From NCBI GenBank assembly GCA_964490075.1, contig CAZBBK010000022.1:6168-70167 (forward strand): DNA of 64,000 nt. Direction: 5' to 3'. Below, in pieces: positions 41,746-50,004 of this stretch. The notes beneath the pieces were generated by a model. That model saw nothing but the letters and a program-made list of their open reading frames with translations. It had not been told where the DNA came from and did no database searches. The DNA is from an uncultured Gemmatimonadota bacterium. Lineage in GTDB: Bacteria; GCA-2686955. The translations under genes were made by a program, and so were the position numbers. Each line of letters begins with the position of its first letter. Positions within the stretch are counted from its first letter, which is position 1.

Positions 41746-42316
41746 GCCGCATCCCGCGTTCGAGAGTGGCGACCGGCACCCCGCGCCGCCCCACCTCGCG
41801 ACCTGGAACGAGATGGGCGACAGCGAGTGGAACGACCTGCTGCGGCGCGCCCAGGCCGGACGAAAGCACGCCGCGGACGAGCTGCTGGCGCTGCTGCGGA
41901 TCGGTCTCTTGCGCGTGGCGCAGGGTCGGCTCTGGAACGGTGCGGCGGCGGAGGCGGAGGACGTGGTGCAGGAGACGCTGCTGGCGGTCTATGGGAAGCT
42001 CCGCGGCATCCACGACCGCCCCTACGCCTACGCGCTCGCCGTGCTGCGCAGGAAGATCGCCGACGCGCTGCGGCAAAGAAAGCCCGGCGCGGCACCATCC
42101 CCAGAAGCGCGCCCCAGCCCGCCCCCCGACCCGGAGCTCAGGCGCCGCCTGGAGCGCGCGCTGCGCTCTCTGCCGGCGACGTGTCGCGAGCTGCTGCTGC
42201 TGCTGGCCCGCGGCTACGACAATTCCGATCTCTACACGATGTTCCCGGAGCTGGAGCCCGGCACCATCCGAGTCCGCATCAAGCGTTGCCGGGATCGGTT
42301 GCGGGTCGAGCTCTGA
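41738..42316 (+). CDS. ECF sigma-70 factor
   Basis: Region 2 EAEDVVQETLLAV; region 4 LRSLPATCRELLLL...GTIRVRIKRCRDRL. Confidence 0.88.
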   Translation: MSEPHPAFESGDRHPAPPHLATWNEMGDSEWNDLLRRAQAGRKHAADELLALLRIGLLRVAQGRLWNGAAAEAEDVVQETLLAVYGKLRGIHDRPYAYALAVLRRKIADALRQRKPGAAPSPEARPSPPPDPELRRRLERALRSLPATCRELLLLLARGYDNSDLYTMFPELEPGTIRVRIKRCRDRLRVEL

Positions 42317-42363
42317 GCGCGGCTCGTTCCGGCTTTGGTGCTCCCGAGGGTCGGAATAGATCC

Positions 42364-42383
42364 AACCGCAGAGGCCTCAGAGG
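42364..42383 (+). repeat. 20-bp sequence with a perfect inverted copy at 43590-43609
   Basis: AACCGCAGAGGCCTCAGAGG versus CCTCTGAGGCCTCTGCGGTT. Confidence 0.8.
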
Positions 42384-42439
42384 GCCAGGTCAACGCGGAC
42401 TTTCGGGCGCGTAGCATCAGGGCCGGAATCCGGTAATGA

Positions 42440-42685
42440 CTCGCGACTCCGATCGAGGAGTTGGAGGTTGCGGCAAGATTCTGGTCACCACTCACCACTC
42501 TCGATCGAGAGTCGCGAGGTACGACGCGAATACGGTCGTGGCTCTGGGTTCATCGCGATGAGCGGCGAGTTGTGGCGGATATACGGTCGTGGCTCCGCAC
42601 TCTCGATCGAGAGTGGTGAGTTGTGTCGCGAAAAGGCGTCATGACTCGCGGTTCCGGGCGCGGAGCTGGGCTTTGTGTCGGGGCC
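42440..42685. repeat. Tandem array of four degenerate 51-bp units plus a conserved tail
   Basis: Units start at 42440, 42491, 42542 and 42593, each with a central palindrome (CTCTCGATCGAGAG or TCATCGCGATGA); tail GCGGAGCTGGGCTTTGTGTCGGGG. Confidence 0.85.
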
Positions 42686-42700
42686 GGTGGCGAGCGTCCT

Positions 42701-42880
42701 GTCTACGTGGCTCCGGGGACCCAAGAAGCCGCGGTCGCCCATGTGGAGCTGCTCGTGGAGCGGCTTCGCGTGGTGAATCGCCAGCTCCGGAAGTGTCACC
42801 ACTGATCGGTGATCCAGCTCCGCGCTTCGCACCAGGAGCTCTGCCCGGTCTCTGGCTCAGGAGCCGTGACCAAGCTCACC
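42701..42880 (+). pseudogene. Possible IS110-family transposase remnant
   Basis: VYVAPGTQEAAVAHVELLVERLRVVNRQLRKC and SGSGAVTKL resemble IS110 linker and C-terminal segments as recalled from memory; stop codons and no catalytic domain. Confidence 0.4.
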
Positions 42881-42962
42881 GCGGCGATTGCTCTGACACC
42901 GTTGAAGCCGGCGCGGGGATCGTGGAGCCTCGCGTGGGCTGGATGGAAGGGGGCGCGTTCCA

Positions 42963-43138
42963 CCATAATCCGCTACCTGATTCGCGATTCGCCATGCGCC
43001 TCCTGGCCTTGTCCTTCGATGCTCGCACCGATTTGATGCTCAACGTAGCTCCACTACGCCTGCGCTCGAATCGGCCCGGCGCCTCGACCAAGGCCAGGAG
43101 GCGCACGGCTCGGTCACGAATCAGGTGGCGGATTATGG
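42963..43138. mobile_element. MITE-like element, copy 2 (176 bp)
   Basis: TIRs CCATAATCCGCTACCTGATTCG / CGAATCAGGTGGCGGATTATGG; 5-bp flanking duplication TTCCA (42958-42962, 43139-43143); internal sequence homologous to copy 1. Confidence 0.88.
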
Positions 43139-43549
43139 TTCCAGGCAGCGAGCTGCCCTGGAGAGCGGGAGGACGCCGCGCCGGTCGAGAATGCCTGGGC
43201 GGTGTTGGCGACCGGGCTTGCGGAGCCGCAGCTTGCGCCGCGATTCCCTGCGGAAGCAGCGATGCTCTCGAGTCCCTCATCCTTCGAGCCGTTGATTGCG
43301 TTCCCCCCCCGGTCCACGACCGTCGATCGGCGCAAGACGATAGCTCCCAGGTGGCGTCCGGGGTCACAGCCCCGGAGCTTTTCATTGCCAAATGGTGAGG
43401 AGTCCCTGCCCGATTCGGGCAACGGAGTCGGGCAAGTGCCTGGGCTTGGGCAGAGGCACGATTCGTCATGATCCGGGCGCTCCCTGCGCGGAGAGCCGCT
43501 ATATCGAAACGCCAGTCGGCCCTTTCCCGCTCCACAACCCAGAACCCCT

Positions 43550-43609
43550 CAGCGCTCTCTGCGTCCTCTGAGGCCTCCTGGCCTCTTGGCCTCTGAGGCC
43601 TCTGCGGTT
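43550..43609. repeat. Short-period (8-9 bp) CTCTG-type tandem repeat ending in CTCTGCGGTT
   Basis: CTCTGCGTC CTCTGAGGC CTCCTGGC CTCTTGGC CTCTGAGGC CTCTGCGGTT. Confidence 0.7.
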
Positions 43610-43780
43610 CATCCTCCGCTGGTCGACAGGACCAGCGAAGTAAGGCCGTGCACAGAATTGCGTAGCGAGACGGCGCTGCCGCGCGCTGGGTCGGGTAAGC
43701 GGGCGCCGCCCGCGCGGGGCGGGCGGCGCGATCGACTCGGACGATTGCGTCTCGTCCGGTGCCTCGGGGGCGGGCGAGGG

Positions 43781-44083
43781 CTACTCGCTGGTTTCGATTC
43801 GGTGGAGCAGCAGGGGCTGTCCGGCCATGCAGACGTCCATTCCCCTATACACCTCGGCCCAGACCCGCACGCGGTCGCCGACCGCGTAGCCGGGGGCGTC
43901 GTCGCACGGGAAGGCGTACTCCACGCCGATGTCGGACACCAGCGCGAAGCAGTCCTCGATCTCGTAGACCAGCTCGCCGCGGGTCATGATGCCGACGCGC
44001 GGCTCGTCCAGGATCGAGCAGTCCGCCAGGGCCGGTGTGGCCGCCAGGATCATCGTGCCAAGAAACACCTTGAGGGCATTCAT
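43781..44083 (-). CDS. Small secreted hypothetical protein (100 aa, four Cys)
   Basis: AAGGAG RBS; signal peptide MNALKVFLGTMILAATPALA; YAVGDRVRV suggests an OB-like strand. Confidence 0.75.
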   Translation of the reverse strand: MNALKVFLGTMILAATPALADCSILDEPRVGIMTRGELVYEIEDCFALVSDIGVEYAFPCDDAPGYAVGDRVRVWAEVYRGMDVCMAGQPLLLHRIETSE

Positions 44084-44423
44084 GGCCACTCCTTTCTCTA
44101 CTGGGTGTGTGGTCACGGCAAGGGACGCGCGCCTCGAGCGCGTCGCCGTGTCGACCATGCACCCTCCCAATCGGTGCGGAAGGGCGCTCCGTTACAGCCC
44201 TCTGGCTAAGTGTCGGTGGCTTCCCGGAGCCCTCGCAGCAGGCGGCGAAGGCGCCGCTTGTTGCGAATCGGGCCAAGGACCTTGCCGGCAAACGAACTCG
44301 GGCGGCAACGCGGCGAAGTGTCGTTGTTTGCTGCGATCGAGGGCGCTCGACCGCCCCGCGCCAGGTCGGGCGGCGCGCCGCTAAAGCGCTACTCTGCCAT
44401 GAGTTATACGAACCGACTCAGTT

Positions 44424-44439
44424 CGGCACGAAGCCTGCT
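44424..44439 (+). promoter_or_regulatory. Sigma54-like promoter upstream of secreted paralogue A
   Basis: CGGCACGAAGCCTGCT (GG-N10-GC), near-identical to the motif at 48131; 259 bp before the ATG. Confidence 0.55.
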
Positions 44440-44682
44440 GTTGCCACGCCGAAACGATTCGAGTCGATCCGCGACGGCGCGGCTCGACACTCAATACAGC
44501 GGGCTTCGACCGGCGCTGATCCGGCAACGAACCAACCTCGGCGGTGGCACACCGCTGCGTCGATCCACGGCGGGACGGCTGGGGGAATCGATGCGCATCG
44601 GTTCGACCCTAAAGGTGTCGGCTCGAAGCCCGCAAGACTCAGCGATCGTCTCCAACGAGGGGGCGATCGAAGGAACTACCAA

Positions 44683-45768
44683 ATGCAGATGTCAAAGGCA
44701 TTTTTTGCGGCGGCTTCGGTCGCGCTCTTCGCGGGCGCTGGGTTCGCGGATGAGACGGTGATCGACAAGGGAACCAGTACCACCGAGTACCTCCTTGGCA
44801 CCGAGCAGACGCCGCTCAAGATCAATCCGTCGAGGATCTGGTACAACACCAGCCACGTGACCATGGGCGTGGGCATGCGCAACCAGCACGCCAACGGCGG
44901 CGCGCTGAGCGGCTGCCCGCTCGACGTGGTCGGGCCCGACGCGGTCAAGGCGGTCATCTTCCACTGGTCCTACACTGGGGTCGACAAGGCGGCCCCGCCG
45001 GCCGATCTCGACCTGATCCAGGTCCGGCGATTCACCCCCGCGCAGTACGCGCAGCGGGATGTCTACGGCGAGCGGATCGGCGTCAGCGAAGAGAACTGCT
45101 GGGAGATCAACTCCAACGCCGAAGTCTACCGGGCGATCGTCGAGCCGGGTGACGCGCTCTTCACGCAGCTCGGTTTCGATGTGGCTGGGAACGGCACCTT
45201 CGGTTTCGTGCTTCCGGCCGGAACCACCGCGATTCACGATCACCGCCACCCCTGGCAGGCCTTCGGATACCTGGACGATCGCGCGGCCTTCGACGGCGTC
45301 TCGATGACGGTCGTCTACAAGTCCGACGAGGATCCCCGAGGCATGGGCGAGACCCTGCTCTTCGACAAGGAGCAAGGCGCCGGCTACGCACTCGCCGCGG
45401 ACCTGTTCAACATCTCCGCGGACTACCAGCTGCAGAACCTCAGCTTCACCGAAGACAAGTACTCGAAGCTCAGCTTCGTGTCGTTCGGCGGGCAGATCGA
45501 TCGTGAAAGCGGTTGGTACGCGCAGAACGCGTTCAGCTCTGAGCTCACCCAGCTCTTCATCGACAACAAGGTCAATGGCAACTCTAGCTCGCTCGACGCG
45601 CTTGGCAAGAGCCTGTACGAAGGCGAGCAGGGCAACACCTCGCCACAGCTGATGGACGCCCGCAGCTTCGAGATGTTGGCTGCGCTGACCGGCTCCGACC
45701 TGTTGGTCGAGGTCAGGGGCGATCAGGACTGCATCATCCCCGGTGCCGTCATCGTCACGCAGCGGTAG
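44683..45768 (+). CDS. Secreted uncharacterised protein, paralogue A
   Basis: Signal peptide; WYNTSH..GVGMRNQ, HWSYTG, NCWE..VYRAI, FDGVSMTVVY, SPQLMDAR, GDQDCIIPGAV; AAGGAA RBS. Confidence 0.85.
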   Translation: MQMSKAFFAAASVALFAGAGFADETVIDKGTSTTEYLLGTEQTPLKINPSRIWYNTSHVTMGVGMRNQHANGGALSGCPLDVVGPDAVKAVIFHWSYTGVDKAAPPADLDLIQVRRFTPAQYAQRDVYGERIGVSEENCWEINSNAEVYRAIVEPGDALFTQLGFDVAGNGTFGFVLPAGTTAIHDHRHPWQAFGYLDDRAAFDGVSMTVVYKSDEDPRGMGETLLFDKEQGAGYALAADLFNISADYQLQNLSFTEDKYSKLSFVSFGGQIDRESGWYAQNAFSSELTQLFIDNKVNGNSSSLDALGKSLYEGEQGNTSPQLMDARSFEMLAALTGSDLLVEVRGDQDCIIPGAVIVTQR

Positions 45769-45889
45769 CTGCACGGCGGACTGGATAGCTGGAGCAACAG
45801 CGCCGGCTGCTGGTGGCATGCCCCGAGGCGGTCTCGGCCGAACGACCGAGGCCGCCTGCCACCAGCAGCTCGCGCTCTTGTGCGTACGA

Positions 45890-47137
45890 TCAATCCTCGA
45901 AGGGGTAGGCGTCGACCCGCCCGTAGCCGAAATCGTAGGCGTCACCCAGAGGGTCGGCATTCTCCTGGAGATGAGCGCGGATCTGCCCGTTGTTCCAGGG
46001 CGTGAGGCTGACGTAGCCGGCTCCGATCCCCGCTGTCAAGGGACAGGCAAAGGAAGTACCCGACCAGTAGTTGTAGTTGAAGGTCGGATTCGTCGAGTAG
46101 ATGTGCTCCCCCGGAGCCACGATCTCCACGTTGCCCTCCACCTCGTGGTCGCCGAAGCCTCGACTGGAATACCAGGCGATCTCGGTGCACCCCAGGTCCA
46201 ACGCGCCCACACCGATGACCGATGTGAAGGTCGCCGGGTAGTTGCTCCGGTCGTTTCTCCCGTTACCCGCCGCGGCAAAGACCGACACCCCAGCAGAGCG
46301 GGCATCCTCGCAAGCGCGCTCCAGGGTGGCGTCGTGTCCGCCTCCCAGAGACATGCTGATTACCTGGGCACCGAGTCCCACCGCGTAGTCGATTCCAGCG
46401 GCCACATCGGACCAGGAGCCGAAGCCGTGCTCGTCGAGCACCTTGATCGGCAAGACCGACGCGTTCACCACCCCGGCAATCCCGATCCCATTGTCCGTCA
46501 CGGCCGAAGCAACCGCCGCACACGCCGTCCCGTGCCCATAATCGTCCATCGGATCGGCGTCATCGTTCACGAAGTCCCAGCCGTTCTCCGTGTCGACGTT
46601 GCCGATCAGATCTTCGTGGTTGTAGTCCACGCCGGTGTCGAGGATCGCGATCGTCACGCTCCTCTTCTCGAACCCAAAGCGCCCCCAAGCCCGCTCCAGG
46701 TCGACGCAAGCCGGCGCCCATTGCCGGTGGTAGTACTCATCGTTGGGCACCACACTCTCCCCCAGCTCCCGGGCCATCCCCCCCTCGGAGAACTGCGCCA
46801 TCCACTCCTCATCCTCAGGAATGCGCGCCACACCATCCAGCTCCACGTAGTCCACCAGCGAACGAAGCGCGGCATCCGCCACGAGCCATTCCACATCGCT
46901 CGGCGCCACCTCGATGGTCATGGCCCGGATTCGCCCGAGCCGCCGTACCAGGCCCGCGCCGTGGTTCTCGCGCACAAGCGCCAGGGCGTCGTCCAGATCC
47001 AGATTACTGGCGGCGCCGATGTTGATCCGCACCAGCTCGGAGCGGTCGTCGACCGCCGCACCGGTGCTCCGTGTCTCGCCCGCGGCCTCCAACGCGGCGA
47101 ATCCTGCTACTACTAGAAAGAGAATAGTCCTCGTCAT
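45890..47137 (-). CDS. Secreted S8 subtilase (intact paralogue of the split gene)
   Basis: Signal peptide; IAILDTG, GHGTACA, AAGN, GTSFACP; ATG at 47137. Confidence 0.93.
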   Translation of the reverse strand: MTRTILFLVVAGFAALEAAGETRSTGAAVDDRSELVRINIGAASNLDLDDALALVRENHGAGLVRRLGRIRAMTIEVAPSDVEWLVADAALRSLVDYVELDGVARIPEDEEWMAQFSEGGMARELGESVVPNDEYYHRQWAPACVDLERAWGRFGFEKRSVTIAILDTGVDYNHEDLIGNVDTENGWDFVNDDADPMDDYGHGTACAAVASAVTDNGIGIAGVVNASVLPIKVLDEHGFGSWSDVAAGIDYAVGLGAQVISMSLGGGHDATLERACEDARSAGVSVFAAAGNGRNDRSNYPATFTSVIGVGALDLGCTEIAWYSSRGFGDHEVEGNVEIVAPGEHIYSTNPTFNYNYWSGTSFACPLTAGIGAGYVSLTPWNNGQIRAHLQENADPLGDAYDFGYGRVDAYPFED

Positions 47138-47694
47138 GTTTCGTTCCTGGTGAGCCTGATGCTCCTGCTTCACCCTGGGGCGAACGCTGGTGTCGGGCAC
47201 CGCGCGTCCGGTGTTCCCCTGACATTCAATCAGTACTTTTTCGATCGACCCGTCAAGCGAAGCCTTCAGCGTCATATTTTTCGCGGGATCGCGAGGAATA
47301 GCGGATATCCTCGCGTCGCGTGGCATGCTCTTCATGAATCTGTCGCTCCGAAGGGCGATTGCCCGGGCGACATCCGAAGGATCAGAGCTGCAGGTCCTCC
47401 GAAGAAACATCGGCTCGCCACGATATCGCCCTCGTTTCGCCGGCCTCGGCGACTGAAATGCACCGGTTGCGCACTTCCGCGCAGTCGGCTCGGGGCATGA
47501 GATCGCACCCCGCGGCGCATTCGCCAATTGTGGCGATCTCCGGCAAGTCCCTTGCGCGACAAGGGAAAGGGCATATCGCGGCGGCATTTTTCGCTCCTTG
47601 CTGCGACCAAGCGCGGCCCAGGCTGCTGTCCCTATCCCGCTCTGAACGCCGCAAAGTGCAGAGCGGCCGTCACTTGGGGAAGCTCCGTCCGGGC

Positions 47695-47710
47695 CGGCAC
47701 GCAGGCTGCG
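47695..47710 (+). promoter_or_regulatory. Sigma54-like promoter of the vestigial gene start
   Basis: CGGCACGCAGGCTGCG (GG-N10-GC), 104 bp before ATG 47799. Confidence 0.55.
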
Positions 47711-47798
47711 AGAGGTGTCCCGATCTCGGGAGAACGGGTCCTACCACCTCCCCAATCAGCCGCACCGAACACTCGGTGCGAATCGCAAGGCACGGACG

Positions 47799-47895
47799 AT
47801 GCGCAAGGCGATCGCTCCTCTGGCGCCGGCGGCGACCACGCTGCTGGCTCAGTACGCAAGCGCGGACGAAGATGTCACGGTCGTCGACCGGGCGC
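47799..47895 (+). pseudogene. Vestigial 5' end of a fourth paralogue (signal peptide only)
   Basis: MRKAIAPLAPAATTLLAQYASADEDVTVVDR versus MRKAIAPLALAATALLAGNAIAGRVSVVDY at 48235; similarity then stops. Confidence 0.75.
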
Positions 47896-48130
47896 CATCA
47901 AGCAGGAGCTGTGATGAAGTCCGCGGTGGAGAAAGGGCGTCGCACGCCCCGGCGAATTCGCCGATTGTTGCGAGCTCCGGCCAGGGCGCTGTGGGGCAAG
48001 GGGATCGATGCTTCTCGCCGCCATTCCTCGCTATTTGTTGCGATCAGTCTCCAGCCTCGGCTCCGCCGCCGCGCCCGCCCTGGTGGCGGAAGCGATTGGA
48101 TTTCAACGAATTGGAAGAATGCGCCGAGAT

Positions 48131-48146
48131 CGGCACGATGCCTGCG
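48131..48146 (+). promoter_or_regulatory. Sigma54-like promoter upstream of paralogue B
   Basis: CGGCACGATGCCTGCG (GG-N10-GC), 104 bp before ATG 48235. Confidence 0.62.
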
Positions 48147-48234
48147 TTGGGTGCCCACGCGCGAAAAGTCTCGGACAGACCGACGCTCGAGGCGCGGATT
48201 TCGTCCGCGAGGCACGGATCGAAAGGAACACACG

Positions 48235-49260
48235 ATGCGCAAAGCAATCGCTCCGCTGGCGCTGGCGGCCACCGCGCTGCTGGCCGGAAACGCCATTGCG
48301 GGGAGGGTCAGTGTGGTCGACTATGGCACCAGCCCGACCGCATATGTCCAGAACGATCTGGACATCTTCCCCTACCCCACCGTCTGGTACAACACCACCC
48401 ACGTCACCAACGCCGTGGGCATTCGCAACCGGCGCGGCGGCGGCATCGAGCTCAACGGCGCGCCGGACGATGTGCGCGGCGCCGAAGCGGTGATCATGCA
48501 CTGGTCCTTCACCGGCATCGACGATCCGGATCAGCCGGGCCTCGACAAAATGTGGATCAGCCGCATGGAGCCGCCCTACACCAAGGTGCTGATCGATGGC
48601 ACGATCGTCGGCGAGAGCCATGTCAACTGCTGGGAGATCCGCTCCCGGGCACGGGTCTACCGGGCGATTCTGAGCCCCGACGAGATGGAAGCGCTCAAGT
48701 TCGACGTCAAGGTGAGCGGCTCCTTCGCGGTCTGGACCGTGTACGGAACCACCCCGCTGACCCAGGGGCGCGATCCCTGGCTCCGCGAAGGCTACGACGA
48801 CGATCTCTCCGCGGTCGACGGCGTGGCGCTGACGGCGATCTACCGCTCCGACCGGGAGCCGATGGGTGCGACCTTCCTCTACGACGAAGAGCACGGCTCG
48901 GGTCGGGCGCTGGCCGGCAAGCTCTTCAACCTGGAGGCCAGCTACACTCTTCATGGGCTGAATGTCGCCGGAATCGACGATTCGAAGTTCAGCTTCCTCT
49001 CCTTCGGCGGGCAGGATCGCAAGGCCGGGCTGACCCAGGGCATGGGCGAAGTGACGCGCCTCAACGGCAACTTCGCGCAGGGCAACTCGGCGCTGGCGCA
49101 GCGCCTCTTCGACGGCGCCCAAGGCTCCTGGTCGCCGCAGCTGATCGACGCCCGCTCCTTCACCCAAGAGCTGAGCGCGGGCACCTCCGACGTGCTCGTC
49201 GAGATCGCGGGCGACCGTGACTGCATCGTGCCGGGCGCGGTCGTGGTGACTGCAAGGTAA
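48235..49260 (+). CDS. Secreted uncharacterised protein, paralogue B
   Basis: Signal peptide; WYNTTH..AVGIRNR, HWSFTG, NCWE..VYRAI, VDGVALTAIY, SPQLIDAR, GDRDCIVPGAV; AAGGAA RBS. Confidence 0.87.
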   Translation: MRKAIAPLALAATALLAGNAIAGRVSVVDYGTSPTAYVQNDLDIFPYPTVWYNTTHVTNAVGIRNRRGGGIELNGAPDDVRGAEAVIMHWSFTGIDDPDQPGLDKMWISRMEPPYTKVLIDGTIVGESHVNCWEIRSRARVYRAILSPDEMEALKFDVKVSGSFAVWTVYGTTPLTQGRDPWLREGYDDDLSAVDGVALTAIYRSDREPMGATFLYDEEHGSGRALAGKLFNLEASYTLHGLNVAGIDDSKFSFLSFGGQDRKAGLTQGMGEVTRLNGNFAQGNSALAQRLFDGAQGSWSPQLIDARSFTQELSAGTSDVLVEIAGDRDCIVPGAVVVTAR

Positions 49261-49289
49261 AGAGTGGTGCCAACGGGCATGGACAATAA

Positions 49290-49427
49290 GGGACCGCGCG
49301 AGAACGAGATCCCATTTTGGCGCCCAGATGTGGTTCAGATCTGGTCGATCGGCGAGTCCCGAAACCGTCGGCCAGAGATGGGCCGCAGATGGGATGCCAA
49401 AATGGGAGCTCGTTCTCGTGCGGTTCC
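49290..49427. repeat. Long imperfect palindrome (~138 bp)
   Basis: 32-bp arms 49290-49321 and 49396-49427 with 3 mismatches; weaker pairing continues inward. Confidence 0.8.
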
Positions 49428-49550
49428 AATGGGTTGGCTGTTGGTGGCGTGCCCCGAGGCGGGCTCGGGTCGAATGGCTCGGACCGCCTGCCGCCAGCAG
49501 CCCGCCCGCCCGCTCGTTTCGGCAACCGAACGCGGGAACGGAAGACCCAC

Positions 49551-49946
49551 ATGACCAGAAAACTGCTCCTCGCTCTGATCGCCGGCCTGCTGTCGCCGGC
49601 GTTTGCATTGGCAACGACCATCGTGCTGCACGGCACGGTCACCAGCTGGCCCAGCGGCGATCCGATCGAGGACGCACGGGTGATGCTCTGGGACGTGGCG
49701 ACATCGTGTGGCTGCGAATGTTGCGAAGGCGCACCTCTCGCCGAGGCCTTCACCGACGAGCAAGGACGCTACCTGATCATCGTCGACGATCTGCCCCCCG
49801 GCGCCCGCTACCGCCTGGCGACCGAGAGCGGCACGCCTTGCCAGTCGTTTCGGCAGCGGCTCTGGGAAGGCGCGCCGCGGGAGCAGATCGCACGGCGCGT
49901 CGATTTCGTGATTCCGGAGATGTGTCTGCCACGCTTCTGCTGTTGA
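49551..49946 (+). CDS. Small secreted Cys-rich protein with a carboxypeptidase-regulatory-like beta-sandwich
   Basis: Signal peptide; LHGTVTSW.SGDPIEDARV, TDEQGRY; CGCECC and a terminal CC. Confidence 0.7.
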   Translation: MTRKLLLALIAGLLSPAFALATTIVLHGTVTSWPSGDPIEDARVMLWDVATSCGCECCEGAPLAEAFTDEQGRYLIIVDDLPPGARYRLATESGTPCQSFRQRLWEGAPREQIARRVDFVIPEMCLPRFCC

Positions 49947-50004
49947 GGTCATCATGGTTTCGCTCCGCCCGCACAGCGACTCGAGCACCCGACCAAGCGG
50001 TGCG

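Noticed and set aside
42440-42643. 51-bp arrays as CRISPR arrays or integron attC sites
   Set aside because: No constant repeat with unique spacers, no cas genes, no GTTRRRY/RYYYAAC core pairs and no integrase.
44545-44558. TGGCACACCGCTGC as a sigma54 promoter
   Set aside because: GG-to-GC spacing is 9, not the required 10.
44440-44682. Riboswitch in the long leader of paralogue A
   Set aside because: No recognisable conserved core (for example the c-di-GMP-I GCAAA elements); an Rfam scan would be needed to exclude it fully.
45890-47137. GTSF instead of GTSM after the catalytic Ser in both subtilases
   Set aside because: A known tolerated S8 variant; not evidence of inactivation or novelty.
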